Source: Octopus sinensis
Lineage: Eukaryota
Direction: 5' to 3'
Assembly (NCBI RefSeq): GCF_006345805.1
Contig: NC_043016.1
Coordinates: forward strand, 17,980,001 to 18,044,000
DNA: 64,000 nucleotides
Shown: piece by piece, positions 39,958-53,710 of the stretch
How the letters are laid out: every line of letters begins with the position of its first letter
Position numbering within the stretch: the stretch's first letter is position 1
Program-made: the position numbers and the translations under genes
The notes under the pieces: model-generated
Database searches by the model: none
Told to the model about the DNA's origin: nothing
Seen by the model: only the letters and a program-made list of their open reading frames with translations

Positions 39958-41589
39958 GTTGTATTATTGTTTTTTTGTATCATAATTCATTTATGTTTAT
40001 GTTTATGTTTTCCAGTTTCAACTCTTTAGCTGTGGCCATGCTGGGGCGTTCATTTTTTGTATAAATTTGTTTGTTCTGTGCTGCATGTTGTTTTTTTTTT
40101 TGTCCACCAACAACATATGTTCTAAATTTTTTAATTTTTTTTATTTATCGTTATTGCTTAAACGTCTGCCGTTTCGTTCTGAGTTCAAATTCCGCCGAGG
40201 TCGACTTTGCCTTTCATCCTTTCGGGGTCGATTAAATAAGTACCAGTTACGCACTGGGGTCGATATAGTCGACTCAATCCCTTCGTCTGTCCTTGTTTGT
40301 CCCCTCCATGTTTAGCCCTTTGTAGGTAATAAAGAAATAGTTATTGCTAAACGTCAACACACGTATGTATGCTGGTGTTAATAATGTAACTTGTCATCTT
40401 AAACATATGGCCTACATAGTTTTATACTTGTTATATAAATTAAAATGAAATATTACACTCTGCAGTCACGATGTGTACATTGCATCTTCGTTGAGCTGTT
40501 TTAATACAAGAAAGTGAATAGGGCACTTAAACGGTAAGGCACCGTGTCGGGTCAAAATTAAAATGCATACACATCAGGTTATTTATATAATTAATTGGAC
40601 CCTACTGAGTATATTGCCAGCCCTTAGGCTAATCCAGAAATGCACAGTGCATTAAATATGTGGTCCATAATATACTTCGGAACACTCGAGGAGCAGGTTC
40701 CGAGAGGTGAATAATACACTAATAACAAACCTGTCCATCGTTTGTTATGGGGTACAATTTTGTCTGTAGGGGTAGTGAGAGACGGTTTATTTTATGGGAT
40801 GTCCACCTTATAGGGGTATGCGTGTTTGAATATGGATGCATTTGTCAAACCCTTTTTGCTGGGTCCGAGAGCATTGGTGGAAGGTCGAGGCAGGGGACCT
40901 CTGGTTGCAGTCATGGGTGGAGCGCGCAGATACGATGTACTTTCATGCGGCAAGGATCTCACTATTGCTATTCAGGTACACACACACACACACATCTATC
41001 TAGCTGGTATTTCGTCTGTCGTTACGTTCTGAGTTCAAATTCCGCCGAGGTCAACTTTGCCTTTCATCCTTTTGGGGTCGATTAAATAAAGTACTAGTTT
41101 CGCACTGGGGGTCGATATAATCGACTCAATCCCTTCGTCTGTCCTTGTTTGTCCCCTTCTGGGCAGTAAAGAAATATATAATATAAATTAGAGATAAAAC
41201 CACTATTATACAACTCAAACAGTGCTAGACATAAACCAAAACACAAATAACAAATAAAAAATATTTTTATAAAACGTATAACTAGATCTCAAAAAGTGTA
41301 AAAACGAATGGTCAATATATAATAAGTATATCGTCAGTGGATCATAAATCCGAAAACGAAGAACACTAAAGTATAAAAAAATAAACACACACACATAGAT
41401 ATAAAATGCGTGTGTTTGTACACCGAGACGTGGCGTGTGTACACACAAACCAGTTAGGTCTCGATCATTCAGACCCGTCCCATCTAAGCGCCAACCGTCC
41501 AAACTTTATTGTTGCTGGTGCTCATTTTCATGGACTTATATGTCTGTGTGTTTGCTGTATATGAATGGGTTTCAGGGAAAAATTAATTA

Positions 41590-42019
41590 TCTTCTTTATA
41601 TATAAAAGTAAGGTTGTGTGCTGTCTGTCTCCTACGATTTAGATTCCTAACTACTCCCACATTTTGCGGTGCAGTTTAACCAAAACCTGGTATCTTATAG
41701 TCGTGATTCATATCGAGCCCTTCTGGGTATTAGCGCGCGTCTACGATGAGTCTACGATTTAAAAAAAAAATTTACCATCATTTTTTCCATTTTAATGCAT
41801 TTTGTTGCTATTATATAAGGGAAGTAACTCTCTACGATGTCTACGATGAATTAACGAGTTAAAATGTCTACGATGAATTAACGAGTTAAAAAAAAATTTA
41901 CCATAATTTTTTTTCCATTTTTAATGCATTTTTTTGCTACTTTTTGGCTATAACTCTCTAAAAATGCTTATATAGTTATTTCCCTTACAAATCCGACCAA
42001 CGCCGGGCGATACTGCTAG
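41590..42019 (+). mobile_element. Non-autonomous Helitron family 1, intron 1
   Basis: A|TCTTCTTTATATATAAAAG start; subterminal ccgaccaacgccggg hairpin relic; CTAG|T end; internal tctacgatg repeats. Confidence 0.85.
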
Positions 42020-42659
42020 TTGGACATAAAACTCTAGAACACCGTTTGGAATGTATTTGCAGCATTTAACTTCGCTTCTTTGCCTTGCACACGTCAGCAA
42101 CAATTTGGTAAAGAACTCATTGTTCAGCCTCTGCTCATCTGTTATCTAGCAGACTTCTATTAAAGGTGTTTCCTGTTGTAAACCCCCGTAATTTGTTTCG
42201 TTTGGAGAGGTGGGTGTAGCGTAGACACGCCATTTTCCCTTTTGCTTTCTTTTAAAACAGTAAAGTGTGGCTTGAAGGTGCTTTACGTACGGCATGTAAT
42301 CTCTCCCTCAACATTTTTATTTTGGTGAGATTTTTCAGAAAATTTTTTGCGAATTTGTTATTCTACACACGGAAATTCATACGATTATGCTAAAACCAAA
42401 ATTAGAAAAAAAAAAAAGATTTCTGCGTGATTTAAGGGCTATTTAGCTGTTACTTTTAGCACATCTCACGACCACCTCATGCCCTCCTTGTTTATCAGTC
42501 CGACGTATCGATGTTTTTCAATATCCTTCTCCCCCATAAACAGATTTTACTGTCTGTTGTGGAGATTTAAGCTAAACATTCGGACTGTCCTTTGTTTTAA
42601 ACTGTGATTTAAAAACAAAAATTCGAAGAATTAAAATCTTTTTCGTAATCTACAATATA

Positions 42660-43061
42660 GGTGCAGGAGTGGCTGTGTGGTAAGTAGCTTGTTTACCAAC
42701 CACATGGTTCCGGGTTCAGTCCCACTGCGTGGCACCTTGGGCAAGTGTCTTCTACTATAGCCTCGGGCTGACCAAAGCCTTGTGAGTGGATTTGGTAGAC
42801 GGAAACTGAAAGAAGCCCGTCGTATATATGTATATATATATGTATGTGTGTGTGTGTGTTTGTGTCTGTGTTTGTCCCCCTAACATTGCTTGACAACCGA
42901 TGCTGGTGTGTTTATGTAGCCGTCTCTTAGCGGTTCGGCAAAACAGACCGATAGAATAAGTACTGGGCTTACAAAGAATAAGTGCCAGGGTCGAGTTGCT
43001 CGATTAAAGGCGGTGCTCCAGCATGACCGCAGTCAAATGACTGAAACAAGTAAAAGAGTAA
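42660..43061 (+). mobile_element. SINE family A, full-length copy in intron 1
   Basis: ggtgcaggagtggctgtgtggtaagtagc...gggttcagtcccactgcgtggc...gaaacaagtaaaagagtaa. Confidence 0.9.
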
Positions 43062-46000
43062 TCTTCTCAAACTGTTAGAAATAGCAGCAAAATCTCTATT
43101 AAATTCACACCCAGCTGATCTTGAAAGGGAAGGTAGGGCCCACTGGATAATGTAATGTAGTCTTAAAGTAATGTTGTGGTGCACCTGAGCACTGTATACA
43201 ATAATTTCATTATATAATATGCAATGCTCAGAATAATTACAAGGTGGTTATAGTTGGTATGACCACTTGGTGTTGGTGTGCACAGTGAAGGCTGTCCTGT
43301 TGCTCATTCATTGTTATCATCCTTGTCATTTTAACGTTCACTTTTCCATGCTTGTATGGGTCAGGCAGATTTCCAACGACAAGATGCCTTTCCAGTTGCC
43401 AACACTCAATTGTTTCAAAGCAGACTAATTAATATTCCCCCTTGTCCAGACAAGAAAGAATGAAACGAACAACACCTTTTTGTATGACAGTGATGTATGC
43501 ACACAACTACCATGCCATGTCAATACAGAGATACACAAGCACCATACACACTCACAGACATATACCTACACATATATATATATATAACATTTTCACTTTC
43601 CGAGCATTATATTAATACATCTGCTTGTTGTCTACACCACCTGTCTTCGTCTTTTGTTTTTTTTTGTGAATTCTTTCTATATATATATATATATAATCAT
43701 TTAACATCCGTTGTCCATGCTGGCATGGGTTGGACGGTTTGACCAGGGCTGGCCAACTGGAGGGCTGCACCAGACCCCATCTGGATTTGGCATGGTTTCA
43801 GTGACTGGATGCCCTTACTATAACGCCAGCCCCTCTGATAATGTAATTGGTGCTTTTTATGTGCACTGGTAAGCGATAGCAGCATCAGCCACATTGCCTC
43901 TGTGAGGCCCCTCATACATACATATATATATATGTATATGTGCGTATGTATGTATGTATATTCAACTTTTGTTGGTGCCTGCGACAACTTAGTTCATTTC
44001 AAGTCTTTAGTGTTTGTTGCTGGAACTGGGATTGGCTTCAATGTGTTGCAGAATCAGCTGCCAACAGATATGCATGGACTGCTTTGACTCATGACACGAA
44101 GAACTCAATAGAAGCCAGATTAAACCTTCCTGGGTGAATACTATTACAGAAAAAAAAAAGAATATCATCATCATTGTTTAGTGTCCACTTTCCATGCTAG
44201 CATGGGTTGGACGGTTTAACTGGGGTCTGGGAAGCCAGAAGGCTGCACCAGGCCCAGTCTGATCTGGCAATGTTTCTATGGCTGGATGCCCTTCCTAACG
44301 CCAACCACTCCATGAGTGTAGTGGGTGCTTTTTCGTGCCAGACGAGGCTGGCAAACGGCCACGATCGGATGGTGCCTTTTATGTGCCACCGGCACGGAGG
44401 CCAGGCGAGGCTGGCAATGGCCACGAATATTTATATATATATAAATATCTATATACCTGGGCTTCTTTCAGTTTTTATCTGCTAAGTTCATTCACAAAGC
44501 TTTGATTGGCCAAAAGCAATAGCAGAATACACTTGCTGAGAGTGCTGTGCAATGGGACTGAACTGGAACGAAGCTAAACATCTTCACTACTTTGTCAATA
44601 TTCTTGGATTTTTATTTTTTAAAAATTTTTAATGATCAGTCAAGAGGAATGGGTTAGTCTTCTCAGGAGGTCTTCTTAGACTGGTGAAATCAATATCGCC
44701 ATTCCTTTTTTGAACAACTGGAAGAAATTCCAGACAGGTTGTGTGGTTAAAAACTTTGCTTTTCAGTCATATGGTTCCAGGTTCAGTACCACTGCACAGC
44801 ACCTTGGGGAAGTGTCTTCTACTATAACCATGGACTGACCAAACCCTTGTGAGTGGATTTAGTTGACGGAAACTGAAAGGCAACCGATTGTGTATGTGTG
44901 TGTAAGGATCCAGGTGTGGGAAGTTAGTAACCTTCAAATAATCTGTAGAATGTATAAAATACAACTTTCAGGAAACATATGTAGCTTGGATTTTACCTAC
45001 TCCATTCCCTAAATTTGGAATTATATCCCAAAAACTAGACATGAATATCTAAGCATAGTCCAACCTTAGGTTACCTATGAAGGACGATTCAGAATATTAT
45101 ATGTGTATCCCCATTATTAGCTGTCTGTGATGATGTTTTCATCTCATTGTCTTGACATTACATGAATGTTGTAAATGACTGTCACTGTCATACAAACTAT
45201 TATTATTCTGCAAAAATATGTCTACCACGAGGAATTATTACCTTGCTTGCAAACAGATGAGGATTGGCTACAGGAAAAGCATCCAGCTGTAGAAAATTTG
45301 CATTAACCAAGCCCTGTCCATCCCATGCAAGCATTGAAAAAGTGGGAGTTAAAAATGGTTGTGTGTTCTGATAAGAAAAGGAAGTGGGGGTGGTGAATGC
45401 AATTTAGGTGATAAAAGAAGTGTAACAGGTGAGTAGGGAGCGTCTATAAAGGATGAGGCACAACTCCAAGAATTTGGAGCTTTTAGCAATAGAAAAAGTA
45501 GAGAGGAGACAATGAGTTCATAATCTTTATTACACAGTTGGTAAAGAAATGACAACTGGTACATTTGAGTTATTGTATTAATGCCTTTTGAATGGTATTT
45601 GTAATTTGAGTGAGATCAACCCATCTAAGCAAAATGGCAACACCATGTTTAACATTTCAGTGTTTGCAATATGTCCTGTTTTACAGAGAATGTAAATATG
45701 ATATTGCTGTTTTGCTCAGAGTGACAAAATGTCTTGTTGCTCAATTCCGAGATCAGTAGAATCAAAGAAAATCTCTTGCTTGAGAAACAGGAAAGAGTAG
45801 TTAACAGAAAAGGTTATTAAGTACTATATGAAATAAATCTCTGTTCAGTCTATGCCAGCATCATCATCGTTTAACGTCCGTTTTCCATGCTAGCATGGGT
45901 TGGACGGTTCGACCGGGGTCTGGGAAGCCAGGAGGCTGCACCAGGCTCCAGTCTGATCTGGCAGTGTTTCTACAGCTGGATGCCCTTCCTAACACCAACC

Positions 46001-46927
46001 ACTCTGTGAGTGTAGTGGGTGCTTTTTACGTGCCGGAAATACAAACAAATATACCATTGGTGCATGTTCTTTGACAAAGCAAAAGTACATTCTAATTGAA
46101 ATAATACATTATGCATGTAAATAATTAAGGCAGCCCAAAGGAAACCTAAGCAGAACTGTAAGGTCAGTTCTTAGAACTTTGGCGTTGTTGCCATGATGTT
46201 TAGAATGATGCATATAAGAATCCATTCTAACCACATTGATACAGAAATCTCACATCATCGAAATCTTGAAGCTACAAAAATGTCTAGTTGATTCCAAACA
46301 TCATCATCATCGTTTAACGTCCGCTTTCCGTGCTAGCATGGGTTGGACGGTTCGACCGGGGATCTGGGAAGCCAGTAGGCTGCACCAGGTTCCAGTCTGA
46401 TCTGGCAGTGTTTCTACAGCTGGATGCCCTTCCTAACGCCAACCACTCCAAGAGTGTAGTGGGTGCTTTTTACGTGCCACCGGCACAGGTACCAGGAGAG
46501 TCTGGCAGTGGCCACGATCAGTTGATGCTTTTAATGTGCCACGTGTGAATAAATAGGCTTTACATTTAATAGATTTAATCTGAATGCTTAAGGCTTAACG
46601 TCTACTTTTCCATGCTTGCATGGGTTAGACTAGATCTATTGAAGCAGATTTTCTACCGCCAGATCCTCTTTTCACTAACTCGCACCTGTTTCTAGGCAAG
46701 GTAATATTTTCATCTCCCACTTCTTGTCTGGACTTGTTTTCATGGAAGATTACAAATTTCACTTTTCCCTGCTTGGTATGAACTATGGACTTTGTTTGCA
46801 TTTGGTGCATGATGTCAAAACAAAGATGTATATTCACTCACTCACACACACATACTGTTACAACAGACTTCTTTTAGTTTCTATTAAATTTATTCACAAG
46901 GCATTGGTTAGGCCCCCCGAGTTATAG

Positions 46928-47285
46928 TTGGATGGAACCTACACTCGCTTCCTTATGAGAGCTCAAAATCTCTCGTGGAAGCGTCATCCAACCAAAATGA
47001 AAATATATAGGAAACTACCACCTGTGTCATCTCTTGTGAAAGGTAAGAGAGTCCAGTTTGCTGGACATTGTTGTAGAGCTGAAAAAGAAGTAATTTCTAC
47101 TCTTCTCCTCTGGAAGCCATCTGCTCGCGATACCAGAGGGTCACACACTCTCCTACCCTGATGTAATCTCCAAGGATACAGGCATCCAGCAACAGGACCT
47201 CTGTAATGCTATGATGGACCGTGAAGTCTAGCGTAGCATGGTAAATTCCATTGTCTCGACCACGGTCGAACAATGATGGTGATGA
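46928..47285 (+). mobile_element. RTE-clade LINE 3' fragment with (GAT)n-like tail
   Basis: DGTYTRFLMRAQNLSWKRHPT...QFAGHCCRAEKEVISTLLLWKP...PDVISKDTGIQQQDL; ends tgatggtgatga. Confidence 0.8.
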
Positions 47286-47649
47286 GAAGACCTGAAACTT
47301 CATTGTTACGAAGTGAGCTTCTTAACCACATAACCATCATCATCATCATCATTATTTATCATCTGTTTTCCATGCCAACATGGGTAAGATTGTTTGATGG
47401 AGCTGGTAAACCAGAGTGCTGCACCAGGTTCCAGTATTCCAATATTCTGTAAGGACATGTCTGGCTATGGCATAATATTACCTTGCTTGGTTACAGAAAG
47501 GGTATCCACCCTAGAAAATACGTCTCAGTGAATTCTGTCCGACCCTATGCAAACATGGAAAAGCATATGTTAAATAGTGATGATGATGATGATGAACACC
47601 TAATTCCTAAATTTTTATTTTATATTGAATATTTTTGTTTCCGATCTAG

Positions 47650-47784
47650 ATAAAGAAATGTCTCCCGCAAATGACTCATCGTTTCTGAGTATCGAAGATC
47701 TTATGCTGTCCCAGACTTACAACCCAAATAGTGATGTGGCCTGGCAAGTTGCTTCCCCAGAGGTTTTGCGTAAAATCCACAAAG
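47650..47784 (+). CDS. Coding exon 2 (D-KEMSPANDSSFLSIEDLMLSQTYNPNSDVAWQVASPEVLRKIHK), 135 nt, phase 1-1
   Basis: Acceptor tttttgtttccgatctAG| and donor aaag|GTAAAT; open frame; symmetric phase 1 joins both neighbouring exons in frame. Confidence 0.85.
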
Positions 47785-48249
47785 GTAAATCCCTGAATCT
47801 TTCAAATTACTGTTTTTTTCTGCAGAAATTTTGGGGGAGGGCAAGGGAGTGTTCCACCTACAAAGAGAATTTTACCGAGTCGGTGGGAGAACTTCTGTGA
47901 GATCACTTGACATAATAGAAACAGCAAAGTTAGATTTCAAAGAAATAAGACCCCCATCAGCTTAACAAATAACAGTAGACATTATGGTCCTAGAGTGACT
48001 TGGCAAAATCATTTGAGATGCAGACGAAATACCTTGTGGTATTTGCTTTAGCTCATTATGTTCTAAGTTCAAATCCCACCAAAGTTAACATTATGAAGGT
48101 GTACGGTTCAGTTGTTAGTGTCTGGCTCACAATCATAAGGTAGTGAGTTCGATACTGGGACAGGGCTGTGTGTTTGTGTTCTTCAGCAAGACACTTTATT
48201 TCACGTTTCTCCTGTTCACTCAGCTGTAGAAATGTGTTGCGATGTTACA

Positions 48250-49486
48250 GGTGCCAAGCTGTATCGGCCCCTTTGCCTTTCCCTTGGATAACACTGGTGG
48301 CATGAAGAGGGGTGGCTGGTATGCATGGGTGACTGCTGGTCTTCCATAAACAACCTTGCCTGGACTTGTGTACCTTGGAGGGGAACTTCCTTGGTGCAAT
48401 CTCGTGGTCGTTCATAACAAAAGGTGGGGTCTTTACCCTGTAATCCTAGGGACCCTTAACTCGTTTGTTAACATATTATCTTGAGATACACTGCCTTTGT
48501 TTCATTTAATTTTAAAAATAATGAATTTAGTCAAAATAAATTTATTATCAAGCTGGTGTTTTAGAACGTGAATTAACATCAAATTTTGATGGTAGGTTAT
48601 AATTGAGATCACTTCAAAGTACTTTGTACCATAGAATCAAGAGAAGTTTCAGACAGGTTGATATCAAGAGTTAAAAAAAACAAAGTGGTGGTTGCTTGAA
48701 TGCCCTTGTTTTGGACTTATTGAAATGTGGAAGAGAAGATCCGGAACTTTTTTTTTTCAGGGATCTTACAAGACTGGTGAGAGAAGTTATCTTTAAGCCA
48801 CAGAACTGATCTGTATATTTGTGACAGAGTGGCTTCTGCTAATGACACCCAAGGATCATGCAGTGGTGTTAAAACCAAGCAACAGATTAGGTCTTCCACT
48901 CTGATTATAGATTAACTTAATGATGGTTGACTTGTGGTAAAATACCTACATAGGTCATAGGCATGGCTGTGTGGTAAGAAGCTCGTTTCCCAACCACATG
49001 GTTCCTGTTTCAGTCCCACTGCATGGTATCTTGGGCATCTGCTACAACCTTGTACTGACCAAAGCCTTGATATCAACCTGTCTGAAACTTCTCTTGATTC
49101 TATGGTACAAAGTACTTTGAAGTGATCTCAATTATAACCTACCATCAAAATTTGATGTTAATTCATGTTCTAAAACACCAGCTTAATAATAAATTTATTT
49201 GACTAAATTCATTATTTTTAAAATTAAATGAAACAAAGACAGTGTATCTCAAGATAATATGTTAACAAACGAGTTAAGGGTCCCTAGGATTACAGGGTAA
49301 AGACCACCCCGCTTTGGTTATGAACGACCATGAGATTGCACCAAGGAAGTTCCCTTCCAAGGCACAAGTCCAGGCAAGGTTGTTTATGGAAGACCAGCAG
49401 TCACCCATGCATACCAACATCCTCCCCTCTTCATGCCACTGATGTTATCCAAGAGAAAGGCAAATGGGCTGATACAGCTTGGCACC
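48250..49486. repeat. Inverted duplication with ~420 bp arms (48250-48668 and 49066-49486) and a ~397 bp loop
   Basis: Each arm = SINE-E 3' part + unique linker TAATCCTAGGGACCC + piggyBac-type MITE; the arms share linker and diagnostic variants. Confidence 0.9.
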
Positions 49487-49621
49487 AGTGACAACTCGAT
49501 TTGCATTGCTAGTTTACACAAAAATTTGAAGTGAAAATATACATCCTCACTTTACATGCTATCAGGACCTTAGAACTTTGCTCGCTTTATCTTTCTCTAA
49601 CTATATATATATATATATATA

Positions 49622-50065
49622 TCTTATTATAAAAGGCAGATTTTATCTGCCTCCCTTTGTAAGTTATAGAAATCTACAATATAGGATTTCTTCAATTACA
49701 ATTTACCTAGCATTTTTAAGAGTAGAATGCATCGGGTCATGCCAGGTCCAGTTTTTAAAATTTAAACTCCAATTAAGCAAAATTTACAGAAAACTCACAT
49801 TCTGGTGTGTATGTCAAATGCTTTTCTTAGTCTGGTTTACAGCAAACGCACACACACAGTGTGCAACGAATAAAGTGAAACTAGATGTAATATTTGTTTC
49901 TATCTATCACGCTGATAGATACATGAGTAAAATGTATGGGAAGCTAACAGATAAGAGTGAGTGAAAATGTTCTTGGAAGAGAGTAAATTAGCGACAGTGA
50001 TTTGAGGAAGACTAAACTGAAAGTATGAAACAGTGTTTATGTATAAACAGACAACACTTATATAA
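49622..50065 (+). mobile_element. Helitron family 4 5' portion (3' end not found)
   Basis: A|TCTTATTATAAAAGGCAG start typical of these non-autonomous Helitrons; no CTAG terminus seen. Confidence 0.45.
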
Positions 50066-50066
50066 A

Positions 50067-50375
50067 CCCTTTCGTTACCAAACCGCCCGAATTTACCTAT
50101 TCATATTTAATGAGAATATCAGAGTAAATCTCTTTAGTACATTCGTGAAAACACGTATTATACTTCGTAAACACTTCAAATACAGTTTTGTACAAAAATC
50201 GAAGTGTAATTTTAATTCCGTGAATTATGGGAGATTTTTTTCCGAAATTTGTTCCTATTGTGTTTTCAAAATTTGTAATTCTGACAAAAAATGGATACGA
50301 ATTTCATTATATCAAGCAGCGAGTCAGAATTCGAAGGATTTTCTACTGAAGACCTTCATAAATCTAACTCTATGA
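50067..50375 (+). mobile_element. Left end of an autonomous-type piggyBac element: TIR plus start of a transposase-like ORF
   Basis: CCCTTTCGTTACC TIR identical to MITE family 1; ORF from 50291 MDTNFIISSSESEFEGFSTEDL resembles the acidic piggyBac transposase N-terminus; truncated by a SINE-A. Confidence 0.55.
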
Positions 50376-51407
50376 CTTGTCAAGCGTGTAGGGGGGACAA
50401 ACACAGACACACAAACATACACACACACATACATATATACGACGGGCTTCCTTCAGTTTCCGTCTACCAAACCTACTCACAAGTAGAAGACACTTGCCCA
50501 AGGTGCCACGCAATGGGAATGAACCCGGAACCATGTGATTGGTAAGCAATCTACTTACCACACAGCCACTCCTGCGCCTATGCCTATACATACACACGTA
50601 CGTATGTATGTATCATCATCATCATCATCATCATCGTTTAGCGTCCGTTTTCCATGCTAGCATGGGTTGGACGGGTCAACTGGGGTCTGTGAAGCTGGAA
50701 GGCTTCGTCAGGCCCAGTCAGATCTGGCAGTGTTTCTATGGCTGGATGCCCTGAGAAGTCAATTTTTAGGGGAGACGATGAGTGGCTATGAAACGGGAGC
50801 AAATAGGGAGACGAGACAAGGCTAAACGAAAAACATTACATGAATGGTATGTTGAAAACTGAAAGAAAATATGAATAGAGGGTACTGAAAAATCGTGATA
50901 GCAAGAAAGTAGGTTTGAAAGTATCAGAGAAGTCAATTTGAAGGAAAATATGAGAGAGAAATTGAAGGAACTGAAGGAATAGTGATTATACGTGCAGAGG
51001 GTAGTAGTAGCGAGGTTGAAAGAAGAAATCTTAACTTCTAGCCGTTCATGAGCTGTGCATTCGTAGTGGAGTCGAAAGCGAGTGGGCTTAGCGATTTGCG
51101 GTCGCTGGTTTATATATGGCGATGGTGGTTATCGAAGACGGGGGCATGTATATATATATATATTATATATATATAAGTCACGTAGCCTAATGGTTAACGT
51201 GTTGCACTCGCGATCAAGTGGGCTCCCTGACTGGGTGGCGCTTTGTTTTCTTGAGCAAAACATTTCATTTCAAGTTGCTCCAGTCTACCTTTAGATTAGT
51301 GGGAATGTTGGCCAGAGTAGAACATTGCAAAGCGCATTGTGAGTGATGATGTGTAACAACATCTGATCGCCTGATTGTATATATAGTTGGCTTGCTACTT
51401 ATATATA

Positions 51408-53640
51408 TATATATATATATATATAACACACACACACCACATTTTTTTCAGTCTGCAGAGATATGGTTAAAATTTTCCCTGTTTATAATTACACCATATG
51501 TTTTATCTTTATATATATAAAACTGAGAATGTCTGTCTGTCTGTGTGTTTCCCTAAAACTTGAGAACTACACAACCAATTTCATTCAAATTTTACACATG
51601 CCTTACTTAGGGTCCATGTAGTTTCATGGGCAAAAAAAAATGTTCAACTTCTTGCCTAGAGCGAGCCCATAGCAATATCATATCTTCTCCACTATTTCAG
51701 TATTACATGTTAAAAGTGAAACAAAAGCATTCTTTATTTTATGTCAGATGCTTTCACTTTAACAATAAAAATAATAACAATTGAATTATATGTAGTAAGT
51801 AATAATTAAAATCAAACTAAATTATAATATAATCGTAACAACAAAAGTAAAAATAGCAATTGGTATAAAATTGCATCAATGATTTGAACTTGAATATGTA
51901 GTTTCACATGAATGGGAATAAATTAAAAATAAAATTAGCATGCAGAAATGGAATAGTCCAGATGGAAAATAAAAAATTAAATTAAAGAAAAGACTATTGT
52001 CTATAAAGTATACAATGTAGAGAAAAAATGATTTGAACACATGGAGGAAAGCACCTTCGAAAAGTGTCTTGGTGCGACTATGAAAGATATCTAATCAGAG
52101 GTCGTAAATTCGCCACAATAGAAGCAAGGTTCGAGTCAACGGAGTGTGCAAGGGAGTACTCAACTCGAACTTGCAAAGTGTAAATATTTTATTTTTACCT
52201 TTATATCTGAGACGTAGGACGTCCCGGAAAAAAATTTTTAATGCTCCCCCCCGAAGTAGAGGTAGGCTGGATTGTAGCCACACTTCTATACAAAAGGGAG
52301 GACAAGATACAATTGATCGAAATTACAAGAGACGGCTAACAATTCCAGTCTGTTATATATTTTGACTATTGTTATCACTAGCGATATCAAGATATAACTT
52401 TGTATTTTGCATTTTATGTGTAGATGTATAATATAGATGTACATGTAATATGTACACATATATATATACACACAAATATACATGCACTAGCACTATGACC
52501 CGGCAACGACGGGTCTTTAATGCTAATATATATATATATAACACACACACACCACATTTTTTTCAGTCTGCAGAGATATGGTTAAAATTTTCCCTGTTTA
52601 TAATTACACCATATGTTTTATCTTTATATATATAAAACTGAGAATGTCTGTCTGTCTGTGTGTTTCCCTAAAACTTGAGAACTACACAACCAATTTCATT
52701 CAAATTTTACACATGCCTTACTTAGGTCCATGTAGTTTCATGGGCAAAAAAAAATGTTCAACTTCTTGCCTAGAGCGAGCCCATAGCAATATCATATCTT
52801 CTCCACTATTTCAGTATTACATGTTAAAAGTGAAACAAAAGCATTCTTTATTTTATGTCAGATGCTTTCACTTTAACAATAAAAATAATAACAATTGAAT
52901 TATATGTAGTAAGTAATAATTAAAATCAAACTAAATTATAATATAATCGTAACAACAAAAGTAAAAATAGCAATTGGTATAAAATTGCATCAATGATTTG
53001 AACTTGAATATGTAGTTTCACATGAATGGGAATAAATTAAAAATAAAATTAGCATGCAGAAATGGAATAGTCCAGATGGAAAAAAAAAATTAATTAAAGA
53101 AAAGACTATTGTCTATAAAGTATACAATGTAGAGAAAAAATGATTTGAACACATGGAGGAAAGCACCTTCGAAAAGTGTCTTGGTGCGACTATGAAAGAT
53201 ATCTAATCAGAGGTCGTAAATTCGCCACAATAGAAGCAAGGTTCGAGTCAACGGAGTGTGCAAGGGAGTACTCAACTCGAACTTGCAAAGTGTAAATATT
53301 TTATTTTTACCTTTATATCTGAGACGTAGGACGTCCCGGAAAAAAATTTTTAATGCTCCCCCCCGAAGTAGAGGTAGGCTGGATTGTAGCCACACTTCTA
53401 TACAAAAGGGAGGACAAGATACAATTGATCGAAATTACAAGAGACGGCTAACAATTCCAGTCTGTTATATATTTTGACTATTGTTATCACTAGCGATATC
53501 AAGATATAACTTTGTATTTTGCATTTTATGTGTAGATGTATATATATAGATGTACATGTAATATGTACACATATATATATACACACAAATATACATGCAC
53601 TAGCACTATGACCCGGCAACGACGGGTCTTTAATGCTAAT
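51408..53640 (+). repeat. Tandem duplication (~1.11 kb x2) of a non-autonomous Helitron (51506-52526; 52621-53639) plus ~100 bp of flank
   Basis: Near-identical units offset by ~1112-1115 nt; A|TC starts; GACCCGGCAACGACGGGTC hairpin and a decayed CTAA|T end in both. Confidence 0.92.
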
Positions 53641-53710
53641 ATATATATATATATATATATGAATAATTTAATTGATATTGTTCTCATGTTTTAACCATTT
53701 CCTTCTGCAG

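Noticed and set aside
40500-40980. Non-repetitive GC-richer segment in intron 1 (68-aa ORF 40826-41032)
   Set aside because: No consistent splice sites; weak resemblance to decayed retroelement sequence on the minus strand.
42040-42300. AAAATGGCG start and YY1-like motif suggesting a second promoter or minus-strand gene
   Set aside because: The ORF stops after 32 codons with no donor; it lies inside intron 1 of the assembled gene.
48761-48776. 16-nt microexon between cAG and GTGAGA in the inverted-repeat loop
   Set aside because: Too short and frame-shifting; kept only as a possible cryptic site in the inverted-repeat finding.
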